Below, one piece after another: positions 1 through 11,710 of a stretch of DNA of 64,000 nt. Numbering within the stretch: the first letter of the stretch is position 1; every line of letters starts with the position of its first letter. A model generated the notes under the pieces. It had not been told where the DNA came from and did not search any database. It worked only from the letters and a program-made list of their open reading frames with translations. The translations under genes and the position numbers were made by a program. The DNA comes from Podarcis cretensis (Eukaryota), in assembly GCA_951804945.1 (NCBI GenBank), contig OX638155.1:2604001-2668000 (forward strand), given 5' to 3'.

Positions 1-115
1 AAGAAATATAAATGCAATTTTTTTCTCTAGCAGAAGTTTTGAACTTCATAAGCAAATAAGCATAAACCAACAGTATAATCCACTGCAATATCCAAACTAT
101 TTTTTATTTACAATT

Positions 116-148
<33 letters not shown>
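116..148. repeat. (GTT)n microsatellite
   Basis: Seen directly. Confidence 0.95.
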
Positions 149-3069
149 ATTTATAATAATAAACAAAAATGAATAAAACAGGTTCTACCCACTTATAAAT
201 TAACTCAACACATTAACAGCAGAGTTGACAGTCCCTTACTATCTGGCATTCTTCATCCTCCTTAATTATTTCAAATTATACTGGCAGTCAATCATATGAG
301 ATCCAGCTCACTTCTTTTAAAAAGGCAAAGCCACAGCTAGAAAAGTAGCTAGAGCTGCTTGGTCTGGGTCTGCAAGAGAGCTCCCTGCTCCCAAACCCCA
401 CAGCATCCGCTGCTGTGAAGGGAGGGAGAACCTGCCTGGTCCAGGTGTGTGAGTGGAACATAACTGGAAAGAGGAAACTATTCGGTCTTGCTCAGGTGAT
501 TACTTTTTGTTTTGCATTGTGTGGCAGAAGTGTGTGCCTGACATCCAGTCTTGGGTAGGGGGCAGGTAGGTGTTCTTTGGGGACCAAGTAACAAATATTA
601 ATGGCAGGCTGTGTATTGAATGATGCTTAATTTTAACAAGGCCTTTTGGTCAAGGAAGTCCACACAATATGTTTCCTAGAAAATGATACTTATGCAAGGG
701 CACTTCTCTTGCATCTGAACAAAAACAGAATTCTTTGTTAGTGAAAGACATGATTTTAATAAAAGAGGATACACAAGAAGAAAATAGATATGCTTGATTT
801 TAGACACTGCAACTAGTTCAAAGTGACAAAGCTGGCTGGTCTTGACATTATGATTTATACCTTATAAAGCATTTTCTAATTCTCACAAGATGATAAAACA
901 TGGCTGTACAAAATTATCACATATAAATAAGAGTGCATGCCTATTAGTTGCTCTATTTATCACCTGGTCCGCGGGCTGTAGAGTTGTTTAGCCATTTTGT
1001 AAAATAAATTTATTTGTAGAAATGAAGACTAACTGACAGCCCAAGACTCTCAGCTGGTGTAGAATGACATCACATTGCTGAGCCTGATAAAGCAAAAGCT
1101 GAGAAGCTTCTGAGGTACTTCAGGGACCGAAACTGAGAATACGGCTTAGTTCTTATGAACAACACAAATTCAATGGAAGCTGTGAGAGAAGGAGCAGCTG
1201 CTCTTGACACTTCCTTGAAAGTATATTTTATTTTCCCTCATCTGATCGGCAGCCCCTCACCCACCCAACCCACACACACAACACGCACCAGAAAACTCAA
1301 CTTTGCCACTGAGCAAAGTTCCTTTTGAAAAAGGAAGCATGGCCAATCCCAGCTCCCTGGCGAAGTTGATGCATCTCTGCCACAAACACTGCTTGGGCAT
1401 CATGTCTGACCTATGTCAACACACATGGAGCACTTGTAACACTCTAAGCATGAAACAGTAACAACAGCAATAACAAATAGCAACAATATTGAATATTTGG
1501 CTGAATTTGACCTTTTATATATATCATTATTTAATGTCACTATATTTGATAGCTGGAAGTCAATATTATTTAAGATGTACCAATGAGTCTAAAGTTCTTA
1601 GTTGTTGTTTTTAATGAGATTAAAAGTTGAAAATAAAACGCATTTTCGATTAAGAAATTGTAAATTCTATTGAATTTGAAGTATTTATGAACATCTGTTT
1701 GAACTTTGAAACTAATGATAGTGAAATAACGATTACAGGACATTGTTGATTCCAGCAACATTCATTCTTTAAATTAGCCTACTCCAAACTTCTGCCTTCT
1801 GATGCTTTAATCCACAGTTCTCTTGAGGCCTCACTTATGGGACCATACATTATTTCCTGAGACACATAGGAAGTCACATTTTCTCACATTTGTTACTCAG
1901 GGTGCTAACGTTCAAGTGCCTAATATATGGGAAAATTAACATTTTAAATGCATACATTTGTGGGAAAGATATTTAAGGCTGAAAGAAGTACCAACGATTT
2001 CAGTATGCTGGTTTGTGGCCAGTTTTAAATCATATATGAACCACATTCCACTTGGCAGTGTCCAAAAGAAACTTTGCCCATGCCAAAATGTTCCAAAGGG
2101 TTGGCCCTGAAAAAGTAAAATTTTAGAAAAAGTTGGCATGTGAAAAGTCATCCCACCACTGCTTGTCCTGGTGCTTCTGTTGTGAGGAAACAGGGACCAG
2201 AGCAGCTCCCAGCTAGTGGATAAAGAGACAAGCTAGGGCGTACCTGCCAAAACCATATGCCTGTTATCACACCTGCACCCTCACTCAATTCCAAGGTGGC
2301 TTATGGGGCTGAAGGGAATTGCTGAAGTCTTTTCCCCACACAGCCTGACATTCCCTGAAAGGATGCACACAAACCTTGTATGGATATCTGTCAAAGAAAA
2401 AATCCTCACTAAATAAAGCTGTCAGTCATTCTTGTTGGACAAAACATAGGACATGAAGGATTACATCAGTAAAACTCTAATAAATGACTAGGATAATACA
2501 ACTGGCACTCTCGCCATCAGTAAATGCCATAGGCTATGTGCTAGTCTCACTCCCACTCATTTTTCCACTTGTTGTCGGTCTTTTTATGGAAAGCTTTGCT
2601 CCCCTTCTTGGTCAAAGAGTCAGGATTCTGGAGCAGAAGAACAGGGTAGTGAGGTTGCTTTTACTCATGTTGAAAAGAACATGACAGACTTCTTGACCTC
2701 ACTGCTAAGGACCATCGGCTGTACTGAGGACTGCAGGGCCTGCTTCCTTACAAGGCCAGCTAGAAAGAGACTCCTGTGGCAATGAGGATGGCAGGGCTTA
2801 GCGGGTGGGGCTGGACTCACTGGAACAAACCCTTGGGGAAGTGCGGGGAGTGGGGGTGGGGTTGTTCTGATATTGTTTCCCTGCTCCAAGTGTCAAATGT
2901 GTTTTAAAATGTTCTTAAGCAATCAGTTGCATTTTAAGTTTTGGTTTTGGTTTGGTTTGTTTTTGCTCTGTTGAGGATGGGATAAACATTTAGTTGGGGC
3001 TGGGGATTAGTTTAATTTTAGTATAATTGTAAATTTTGTTAGTTAGTTAGTTAGTTAGTTAGTTAACTA

Positions 3070-5697
3070 ACCATGTCATTACCAAGGAGGCAGGTTTAGT
3101 CATTGTTTGAAGACTATCCCTGCCTCCAGGTCTGGTCCTGACCGGACGGATACTAGAATCAGCAAGGGATACCCACATGACCTGAAGGTGCTGCCGTGCA
3201 ATGCCAGGTCAATGATTCATAAGACTGCTGTCAACCACAACTTGATCTGGCATGTGTAACAGAGACTTGGTTGGATGAAGCAGATGGGCCTGTTCTTGCC
3301 GCTGCTTGTCCACCAGGTTTCTCTTATGCACAGCAACCCAGGTCATGTGGGCAGGAGGGGGGATTGCAGTGATTTTTAGGAAGTCACTAGTTTGCACCAG
3401 GCGTCCTATTGGGAAGACCCAGTTTTCTGAGTGTTCTGGAAGTTGGGCAATAGGGGCAGTACAGGATTCCTTTTGGTGTACCGACCTCCCTGCTGCACCA
3501 AGAATTCCCTGCCCGAGCTGCTTCAGGTCGTGGTGGATGTTTTCCTGGAGACACCCAGTTTGGTTGTCCTAGGGGATTTTAACATCCATGCCGACACAAC
3601 AAGGGGCCGCTCGGAACTTCATGGAAAGCTGTCCCTGAATAAGTTTGGCCAACTCACAGTTGTGGACATGTGTGACCTGGTGTTCACATTTATGGATGTG
3701 GGTGATCTGACACTAAGTAAAAGCGAAACAAAAGAAGGGCCATGGTCAGATCACTTCCTGGTGCAACTGGACCTCTCCGCAGCCCTTCCCCTCTGCAGGG
3801 AGGTGGGACCGATTCGGATAGTCCACCTCCGCCACTTAACGGATCCAAATGTTTTCCAGAGAGTGGTAGGGGATGTTTTATCCCCTGTTGATGGCCTTTC
3901 AGCTGATTCCCTGGTGGCCCGCTGGAATGCGGAGTTAACCAGGGCTATCGACTGTCTGGCTCCAAAGCGTCCTCTCCGATTGCATGGAGCCCGGACAGCC
4001 CCGTGGTTTTCCCCAGAGCTGAGGGTGATGAAACAATTGCTGAGACGGGTAGAGTGCTGGTGGTGAAAAGCTCATTCTGAATCGGACCAGACACTGGTTA
4101 GAGCTCAGCGTTGAGCCTACTAAGTGGCGATAGCGACAGCGAAGAGGACCATCTTCACTGCCTCTATTGCATCTGCAGAAAACAGCAGCAGGAAACTCTT
4201 TCAGATGGTTTGCAATTTAATGGAACCACCTTTGCCATCGGGGCCTGGTAAAGACCCCAAGATCTCCTGCAATGATTTTGCGAAGTTTTTTTTTTTTTTT
4301 CCAGATAAAGTCGCTCAGATTTGGAAAGAGGTGGACTCTACCATGGGAACAGGGCCAGGGCGGGAGAGTGCTAGAGTCCTGTCTAGTCAAGTTGCATGTG
4401 ATCAATTCCAAACTGTTGCCTCCAAGGATGTGGACAAACTGCTTGGATGAGTGAAACCAACCACCTGTCTCCTTGATCCTTGCCCATCCTGGCTCATAAA
4501 AGCGAGCTGGGAAAGGCTGAGTGATGGGCTCTGCGGGGTGATGAATGCTTCTCTCTGTGAGGGAGCCTTCCCAGACCCACTGAAAGAGGTGGTCATGAAA
4601 CTGCTACAGTTCATCAGTATGTGGATGATATCCAGCTCTATCTCTCTTTTAAATCAGAACCAGTGAATGAGGTAAAGGTCCTGTGTGAGTGTCTGGAAGC
4701 GGTTGGAGGTTGGATGGAGGCTAACAGATTGAGGTTGAATCCTGACAAGACAGAAGTACTGTTTTGGGCAGACAGAGGACAGACAGGTGTGGCGTTCTGA
4801 ATGAGGTAACTATGCCCCTGAAGGACCAGATGCACAGCCTGGGAGTCATTCTGGACTCACAGCTGTCCATAGAGGCGCAAGTGAATTCTGCGTCCAGGGC
4901 AGCTGTCTACCAGCTCCACCTGGTATGCAGGCTGAGACCCTACCTGCCTGCAGATTGTCTCGCCAGAGTGGTGCATGCTCTAGTTATCTCCCACTTGGAC
5001 TACTGCAATGTGCTCTACGTGGGGCTACCTTTGAAGGTGACCCAGAATCTACAAATAATCCAGAATGTGGCAGCTAGACTGGTGACTGGGAGTGGCTGTC
5101 AAGACCATATAACACTGGTCCTGAAAGACCTTCATTGGCTCCCAGTACTTTTCCGAGCACAATTCTAATAATAATAATAATATTATTAATAATAATAATA
5201 ATAATAATAATACCTTTATTGTTATTGTAGAACCTGTGTAAAATGAAATTAAATGAGCCTCCCCCCCACAAACACACAATCTCTTATCAAACAACACAAT
5301 TCAAAAAGTTGGTGCTGACCTTTAAAGCCCTAAATGGCCTCGGCCCAGTATACCTGAAGGAGCGTCTCCCTTCACATCATTCAGCTCAGACACTGAGGTC
5401 CAGTGCCGATGGCCTTCTGGCAGTTCCCTCACTGCAAGAAGTGAGGTTACAGGGAACCAGGCACAGGGCCTGCTTGGTAGTGGTTCCCGCCCTGTGAAAG
5501 GCCCTCCCATCAGTTGTCAAGGAAATAAACAACTATCCAACTTTTAGAAGACATTTGAAGGCAGCCCTGTTTAGGGAAGTTTTTAATGTTTGATGTTTTT
5601 ATCGTGTTTTTAATATTCTGTTGTGAACTGCCCAGAGTGGCTGGAGAGGCCTGGCCAGATGGGCAGGATATAAATAATATTATAATATTATTATTAC
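3070..5697 (+). mobile_element. Degraded L2-clade LINE (APE endonuclease, partial RT, 3' tail), internally deleted; 5' boundary approximate
   Basis: Endonuclease motifs LLVYRPP and VVLGDFNIH; LDPCPSWL; HQYVDDIQLY...LNPDKTEVL; RLRPYL...HLDYCNVLYVGLPLK...QNVAARL; LHWLP; FKALNGLGP. Many stops and frameshifts. Ends in an L2-type tail with a TAA-rich repeat. Confidence 0.92.
5166..5294 (-). mobile_element. Short 5'-truncated non-LTR insertion (3' end resembles Rex1/Babar) inside the L2
   Basis: Interrupts the L2 reading frame. Flanked by the 8-bp duplication CACAATTC (5158-5165, 5295-5302). The minus strand ends ...ACAATAACAATAAAGG(TAT)n. Confidence 0.7.
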
Positions 5698-7087
5698 TCC
5701 CTGAAATATTTAGGAGTGTCATTTGGGAAACTCAATGGCAGCAGTGCACCTGACCATGTTTCAGACCACATGTGATCACTTCCCAGGAGGACTTATAGTT
5801 CTCACTAGCTTATGGGTTCTACACATTGATTGATCATTCTTAGAAAGGGACTTGCACCAGAGAGACATACCAAAGTCAAAGGAGCCCTTTCCCCTGGCAG
5901 ATCTGCACAGCTTTGCCACTGCTTGCATGTGACACGAGAGAGTGGTTAAAGCTTTTCTTTTAAATGCGGCTTTTAAGCCTTCTAAGGTATTTTGGCTGCT
6001 GTGAATTTTGTTGCTTACTATTGCATACAGGAAGAGTGAGCTATACATGATTTGAAATAATAACATTAAATTCTAACAACAAATGGGAAGAAAGCTTTGT
6101 ATAGATTTCTATAGATGGATTTGTATAGATAGCATCAACTACAACATATGCTTCTTCTTTTTTTACAATTTATGTCATAAATATTTAAGTGTGTCTTTGC
6201 CTTGCTGTGAATTCTTATCAGCATTCAAAATTTCTCCTCACTCCCATGCCACCAAATTGTGAAAAACTGGAAAAATATTTAGTTTTTCGTGTACTTCATT
6301 TGGCATTTTCCACATGGAAGGAAAATGACACAAAGCCAGAAGAAGCTCACTGGCTATTTTTTGCTGGCTATTTTTTGAGGAACAATGTTTTAATGACCCT
6401 AATGAAATATTTTGTTGCTTTTTGGCTTTACATAACAATATCAAGACCCACATGTACATCAGTTTTAAAGAAAAAGGGGAAAAATGTATTTTATGATGTT
6501 TCCATACAAGAAAAGCATACTTGTTACATCATGCTCTAATACTATTGCGTTTGGTTCAGAAACTTTACCTTGTTGAGGGAGCAAAAAGATTTGTGCTTGT
6601 TCATCATATTTTCATTTTAAGTCATTATTATGCTTCTTTCTGTGACATATAATGCCAAAGTCCATTCATTCAGGATGCAGTTCTGCACAAATCACACATA
6701 CTTTGTACCGTTCATTTCAGAGAGGGTTAAAAAGTATTTATGTGGTTCATTTATATATTGTTCTTAATTTAGAAAACTCCAGAGTGGTTCACAAATTAAA
6801 CTATCAAAATAGGTAACAAAACAAAACCATATTCAGCCTTAAAACAGCAATAAGTTTTAAAAAATCCCATACACTTTTACAGACACACACACACAAGCTA
6901 ATATTACACACATTCAGACAGTTAAAATAACAAGTTAAACATATGCATAATTGGGTTTAGGTCTGCCATGTTATGTATGTATTATCTGAGAGGACACAAC
7001 CCCCCAGGAAGTTCTCCTGGGCAAACCCAAGTCAAATGAAGGACAGCTGTGGGACAGTGTTCATTGACAGCTTCCATTCATTTACAG

Positions 7088-7215
7088 GAGGAGTGGGGAA
7101 CTCTCTTGATGGCTGGACTATAACTCTCATAATCACTGACCACCTGGACATGCTGGCTGCAGCTGATGGGAGTTAGAGTGCAAACACATCTGGGGGGCAC
7201 AGGTCGCCACCCCTG
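7088..7215. mobile_element. Older palindromic hAT (Charlie-like) MITE
   Basis: Diverged relative of 39600-39734 and 51124-51259. TSD ATTTACAG/ATTTATAG. Confidence 0.7.
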
Positions 7216-9737
7216 ATTTATAGGGTAGGGCTCCTGTGCAGCTACCATTCAAACTGATAGAATGTGCCAGAGATTGAGCCAATTGTCCTTTTTATTTTCA
7301 TTCTTTATCTTCCAGAGGGGCAATGTGAATGTGTTTAAGATTTGATTCTGGATGAAATACCAGTGAATATTGAGTGAACATATTTCATCAACTATATTTC
7401 TCCTAAGCACATTTGTTCTAGAAATATATTACAATATCAGATCTGCATTATTTAATCAGCAATGGTATGCATATATCAGAACAATACAGGACACCCATGG
7501 CAGTGTAATTCAGCGGAAATCAGCACAGATCCCTTTAAAAATGATCATTCCCTATATTTTAATCTTATTTGCCACCGAACTCGTATTGTCTCCCTTAAAT
7601 TATCTTTGAAGTGCCACTTCTACAAGGTCACTAGTAATGAACTACGAGGCTCCCATTTTGCATAGTAGACCAAAAGATATGAACACATGAAGTAACTTCA
7701 AGTTTTACCCCTGAGCTGAAAGTTAATCTAAATTCAAGAACAAAAGTATTCATATTTGTCCTTGTATGTCAAGGATTACTACTATTGAAAGTGGTTTCCA
7801 TTATCTGCTTGTCACTTTCTGAGCTTCTTAATCTCTTTCTTTCTCTTATTCAATGGTTGCCTCTTGCTTGCTTTCCCACTGCAGAAGTAAGTCCTCCCCC
7901 CCCGTGTGTGTGTGTGTGTGTGTGTGTGTGTCTCCCTCCCTCCCCTCCCCTCTCTTTTTATGCGTCCAAAGTTAAAAGGACTAGACTCAGTCTGACCACC
8001 TGGGCATAGCAATGGAGCTTACACTCAGGTCTGGCTCCCAGCCAGTTGCCAGCTGTGACATTGTATGCAAGCATCTTATTTAATTCCATACACTTGGATT
8101 GCACTGGTTCTGTTTACAACAACCTCTTGTCCCTGCTGTGTCCAATCGCAATTGTCCCCAACGTTCCTTGTTTAATACTGTTTTGCAAATTATTAAGCAC
8201 TGGAAGTCTATTAATCACAGTTCATGCCCTGTGCAAGCCCACACAACGAAGGGAGAGGACGGTGAAGCCAGGATATGCTCAGATCCCTGAAAGAGCTTGG
8301 ATGGTGGTCCATTCAGATCCTTAACGAGATCATTAATGCTAACTAAATACAAACCTGACCCCATGACCCCCTGGGAAATTATGTGGGCCAGTGCAAGACA
8401 TTAATATGTATCCCAGCCCCTTACCCCCCGAATCCCTTGATAGGCTGAAAGCTAAACCTGTGATCAAAAGAGGCCTAATCACTGCTCTGATTGTAGTAAA
8501 CCAAGCCGGACACAGAGTTGTCTGAATTCTCAATAGCTATTGCAGTGCCACCCCCACAGCCTTGCCCCCTCTTCCAAAGGAGCCCCGGCTTTTCAGTTTA
8601 CTTGACACACTGTGTCTACTTTCTGGGACCACCTGGTAGGCTAATTTTAACATGACACCAGTTCAGCACCCCCACTTAGTGCTCTGCTCTCCCACACAGC
8701 CGAAAGGCAGGGGAATTCCTCAATTCACTAGCCCACTGGAAGAGTTCAAATTAAACAAAAAGTAACATAACACAGACTATGCAGTAATAGATTACATGAA
8801 TTTAGCTCCCCCCCCCTTTTGTGGCGACACCTGGAGAGAAAAAAGTGGTGTGGGGATTTGCAAAATAGGCCATGCAATAATTAGGCCACACAAAATGTAC
8901 ACCTTTTCATGTTTGCTTGTTCAATCACAGCAGTCTGCTAACCCATCCATAAAGACTAAGTATCACAAATTTACTTGAAGCAGCATGACATATCGGACTC
9001 TTCTTGCTCACTTAAACAACCCCAGGAATATGAATGGGCTTTGCTACTTTTCACTATCTGTCTCCAAGAAGACGCTGTCATTGCAGAAGACAAGTAAAAT
9101 TTTGCAGCGCTGCCATTAGTGCTTTTCAAACTGCTTCAACAACATGGTAAACTGTGGGTTGGGGAAATGAAATGCAAATTTAAAAAGGCTTTAAAACATG
9201 CTTTTCTGTTTCTGGCATTGCTAAGGCTTCCATAGAAACAAGGTAGCATCCTTTACACCACCGCCATCATTTTCACTCTTTGTGCAAATGGACCTCTGCA
9301 TACAGGGCTGGAGCTGTGCACACAGGAGCTCTTGCTGGATTGGGGTTATGCACATGTTGCTAGGGACAAAGGATCAACTCTGATCACTATCATCATCCTC
9401 ATCATCAAGGATTTATTGATCACCTTCTAAACAACTAACTCAATGCAATTTACACTAAAGATAATTAAAACTTGTTAAAAACACAAAAGCATCAAACACA
9501 TTTAAAACAAGAGTAAAACCATGCAAAGTAGACACACATCTGGGACAGCCAGTTGGGACAAAATTTTCTTCCATTTCCCCCCAGAAAGTACAACTAGCGG
9601 GACCTGTCATATCTTGACAGGTATGCTATTCCACAGAGCAGACCATGAAAGCCCTGCAGACTGGGTTTCTGAGGTTTTTGGAGCTTGCAGGAGAAACTGC
9701 ACTGCAGACCACAGTGAGCTACTGGGTATACATAAGC

Positions 9738-9971
9738 CAATCAGAAAGTCGGTGGTTCAAATCCACATGACGGGGTGAGCTCCCGTTGCCCTGTCCCAGC
9801 TTCTCACGGTGTTCCACAGCTCCAGAAGCGGTATAGTCCTGCTGGCCACATGACCCACAAAGCTGTCTGTGGACAAACACCTGCTCCCTTGGCCTGAAGC
9901 GAGATGAGCGCCACACCCCATAGTCACCATTTGACTGGACTTAACCATCCAGGGGTCCTTTACCTTACCTT
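9738..9971 (+). mobile_element. Sauria SINE, 5'-truncated and internally deleted
   Basis: B-box-like GGTTCAAATCC, GGGGTGAGCTCCCGTTG, CTGGCCACATGACCC and an (ACCTTT)-type tail. TSD TACATAAGC (9729-9737, 9972-9980). Confidence 0.88.
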
Positions 9972-9986
9972 TACATAAGCTATACA

Positions 9987-10159
9987 CAGTGCTTTTTTCT
10001 GGGGGTACACAGGGGTACACATACCCCTAAACATTGTGTGAATCTTTGTACTTTTCTCCATATACTGTATTTATTTCCCCCGATCTGCACTATAAAATGG
10101 TGATTTCCTTAAGTCAAAATGAGAGTACCCCTAAACATTTTTTTAGAAAAAAAACACTG
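9987..10159. mobile_element. hAT-type MITE
   Basis: TIRs CAGTGCTTTTTTCT / AGAAAAAAAACACTG. 8-bp TSD GCTATACA/GGTATACA. Confidence 0.82.
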
Positions 10160-10421
10160 GGTATACATATATAAGGGATAAGGCCATCTCTCAAGTAAAC
10201 TGGTCCTGAGCTGTATAGAGATCTATATGTCAACACCCTGAACTTGGCCTAGTAGCAAATGGGCAGTCAGTGAAAATCCTGCAAGCAAGTTTTTATATGC
10301 TGGAGGTAATCCGTCCCCCAAAGCCTAGCTGCCATGCTCTGCACCATCTGTGGAAATCTAACCAAGAGGTTACCAATGCACAGTCAACTGGTCAGGCTAT
10401 CCCAATCCAGGAACAGCTATA

Positions 10422-10675
10422 CAGTGGTACCTCAGGATGCGAACAGGATCCGTTCCAGAGCCCCATTTGCATCCTGAATGGAACATAAGACTTTACGGTG
10501 CATCTGCACGTGCCACATTTTGCCGCTTCTGCGCATGTGTGTGACATCATTTTGAGCGTTTGCGCATGCGCGAGCAGCGAAACCCGGAAGTAACACGCTC
10601 CGTTCCTTCCGGGTTGCCGCAGAGCACAGCCCGAAAGTGCTCAACCTGAAGCACATTCAACTCAAGGTATGACTG
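10422..10675. mobile_element. Tc1/mariner (Tigger-like) MITE
   Basis: TA|CAGTGGTACCTC ... AGGTATGACTG|TA, i.e. a TA target duplication, with internal palindromes and many CpGs. Confidence 0.85.
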
Positions 10676-10760
10676 TAACTGTCTTGCCAGCCAAAGTTGG
10701 TAGGAGGACACCTGTGTCTCCAGTGGCCGAGTTGGATCCAGGAGCATCCCCAAACTATAC

Positions 10761-10890
10761 ACTATGTTTAGGAAAGTTTTTAATGTCTGATGTTTTATTG
10801 TATTTTTAATATTTTGTTGGAAGCCACCCAGAGTGGCAGGGGAAACCCAGCCAGATGGGCGGAGTATAAATAATTGATGATGATGATGCA
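10761..10890 (+). mobile_element. Short L2 3'-end insertion
   Basis: Closely matches 5568-5680 (TGTTTAGG...CCAGAGTGG...CCAGATGGGC...ATAAATAA), with a (GAT)n tail. Confidence 0.8.
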
Positions 10891-11668
10891 CCTGCTTCTT
10901 CAGGGACAGCACAACCCCAGCCAAGACAGGCAATTTACCAACTTCTAGAACCAGGAATTATTCACCAAGAGAGCTTCCAGTTTCCCAGCATTCAGACTCA
11001 GTTAATAAGCCCTCTTCCAGCCCACCGCTACATCATCCAGGGCCTTCTTAGCCATTCCTTATGCAGATGTTACAGAGAGAAGGAGCAGAGTATCCTGCAG
11101 AACAGTGCCTCTAATGCCCCTCTCTAGTAGACAGTCTTGGAGGGCACCATGGTTGGTGGTATCAAAAGCTGATGAGAGATCTAGTAAGTGCAAGAGAGTT
11201 GCACTCCCCTGTCCCTCTCCTGATAGAAGTCATATTGGGTGATCAATTGGGCATGTTCAATCAGCCTATATTTCAGATTTCATCACATATACAATCTTTG
11301 GATAAAAATACATTTTCACCCAGATCCGCCAATTGCTTCTGGATAAAGGAACTTCAATGTGTCCAGGGGGATCCTCACCTGTTCCCTCATTCACTTCAAG
11401 ACAGAAGACACACCTGCTCATTCATATGTTGCCTGTAGAGACCTGTCCCCTGGCTAAAATGAACAAGGAAGTCTCCCTGAATATGAGCTTCTTGACTGTT
11501 TCTGAACTCTGGATGAGTTTTTCCTCTCCAGCTCTGTTCTAGTGCTCAAGCACAGTCAATGTGTAGAGGGGAACCATTATTCCCCCAACATCCATGTCTT
11601 TGTCAACTCTTGTAGATGCATACAAATAGTACACATTTAGTATCCTTGTTTGGTCATGTGAATGGGGC

Positions 11669-11672
<4 letters not shown>

Positions 11673-11708
<36 letters not shown>
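11673..11708. repeat. (AT)n microsatellite
   Basis: Seen directly. Confidence 0.95.

Positions 11709-11710
<2 letters not shown>

Larger units (their letters stand above)
9405..11450 (-). mobile_element. Old L2 fragment hosting four nested insertions (boundaries approximate)
   Basis: The minus strand retains LGMLLDP...YQLWLARQL and an L2-like 3' end near 9410. It is broken by the insertions listed separately. Confidence 0.65.

Noticed and set aside
3431-5168. Active LINE ORF2
   Set aside because: Multiple stops and frameshifts, a deleted RT segment and a nested insertion.
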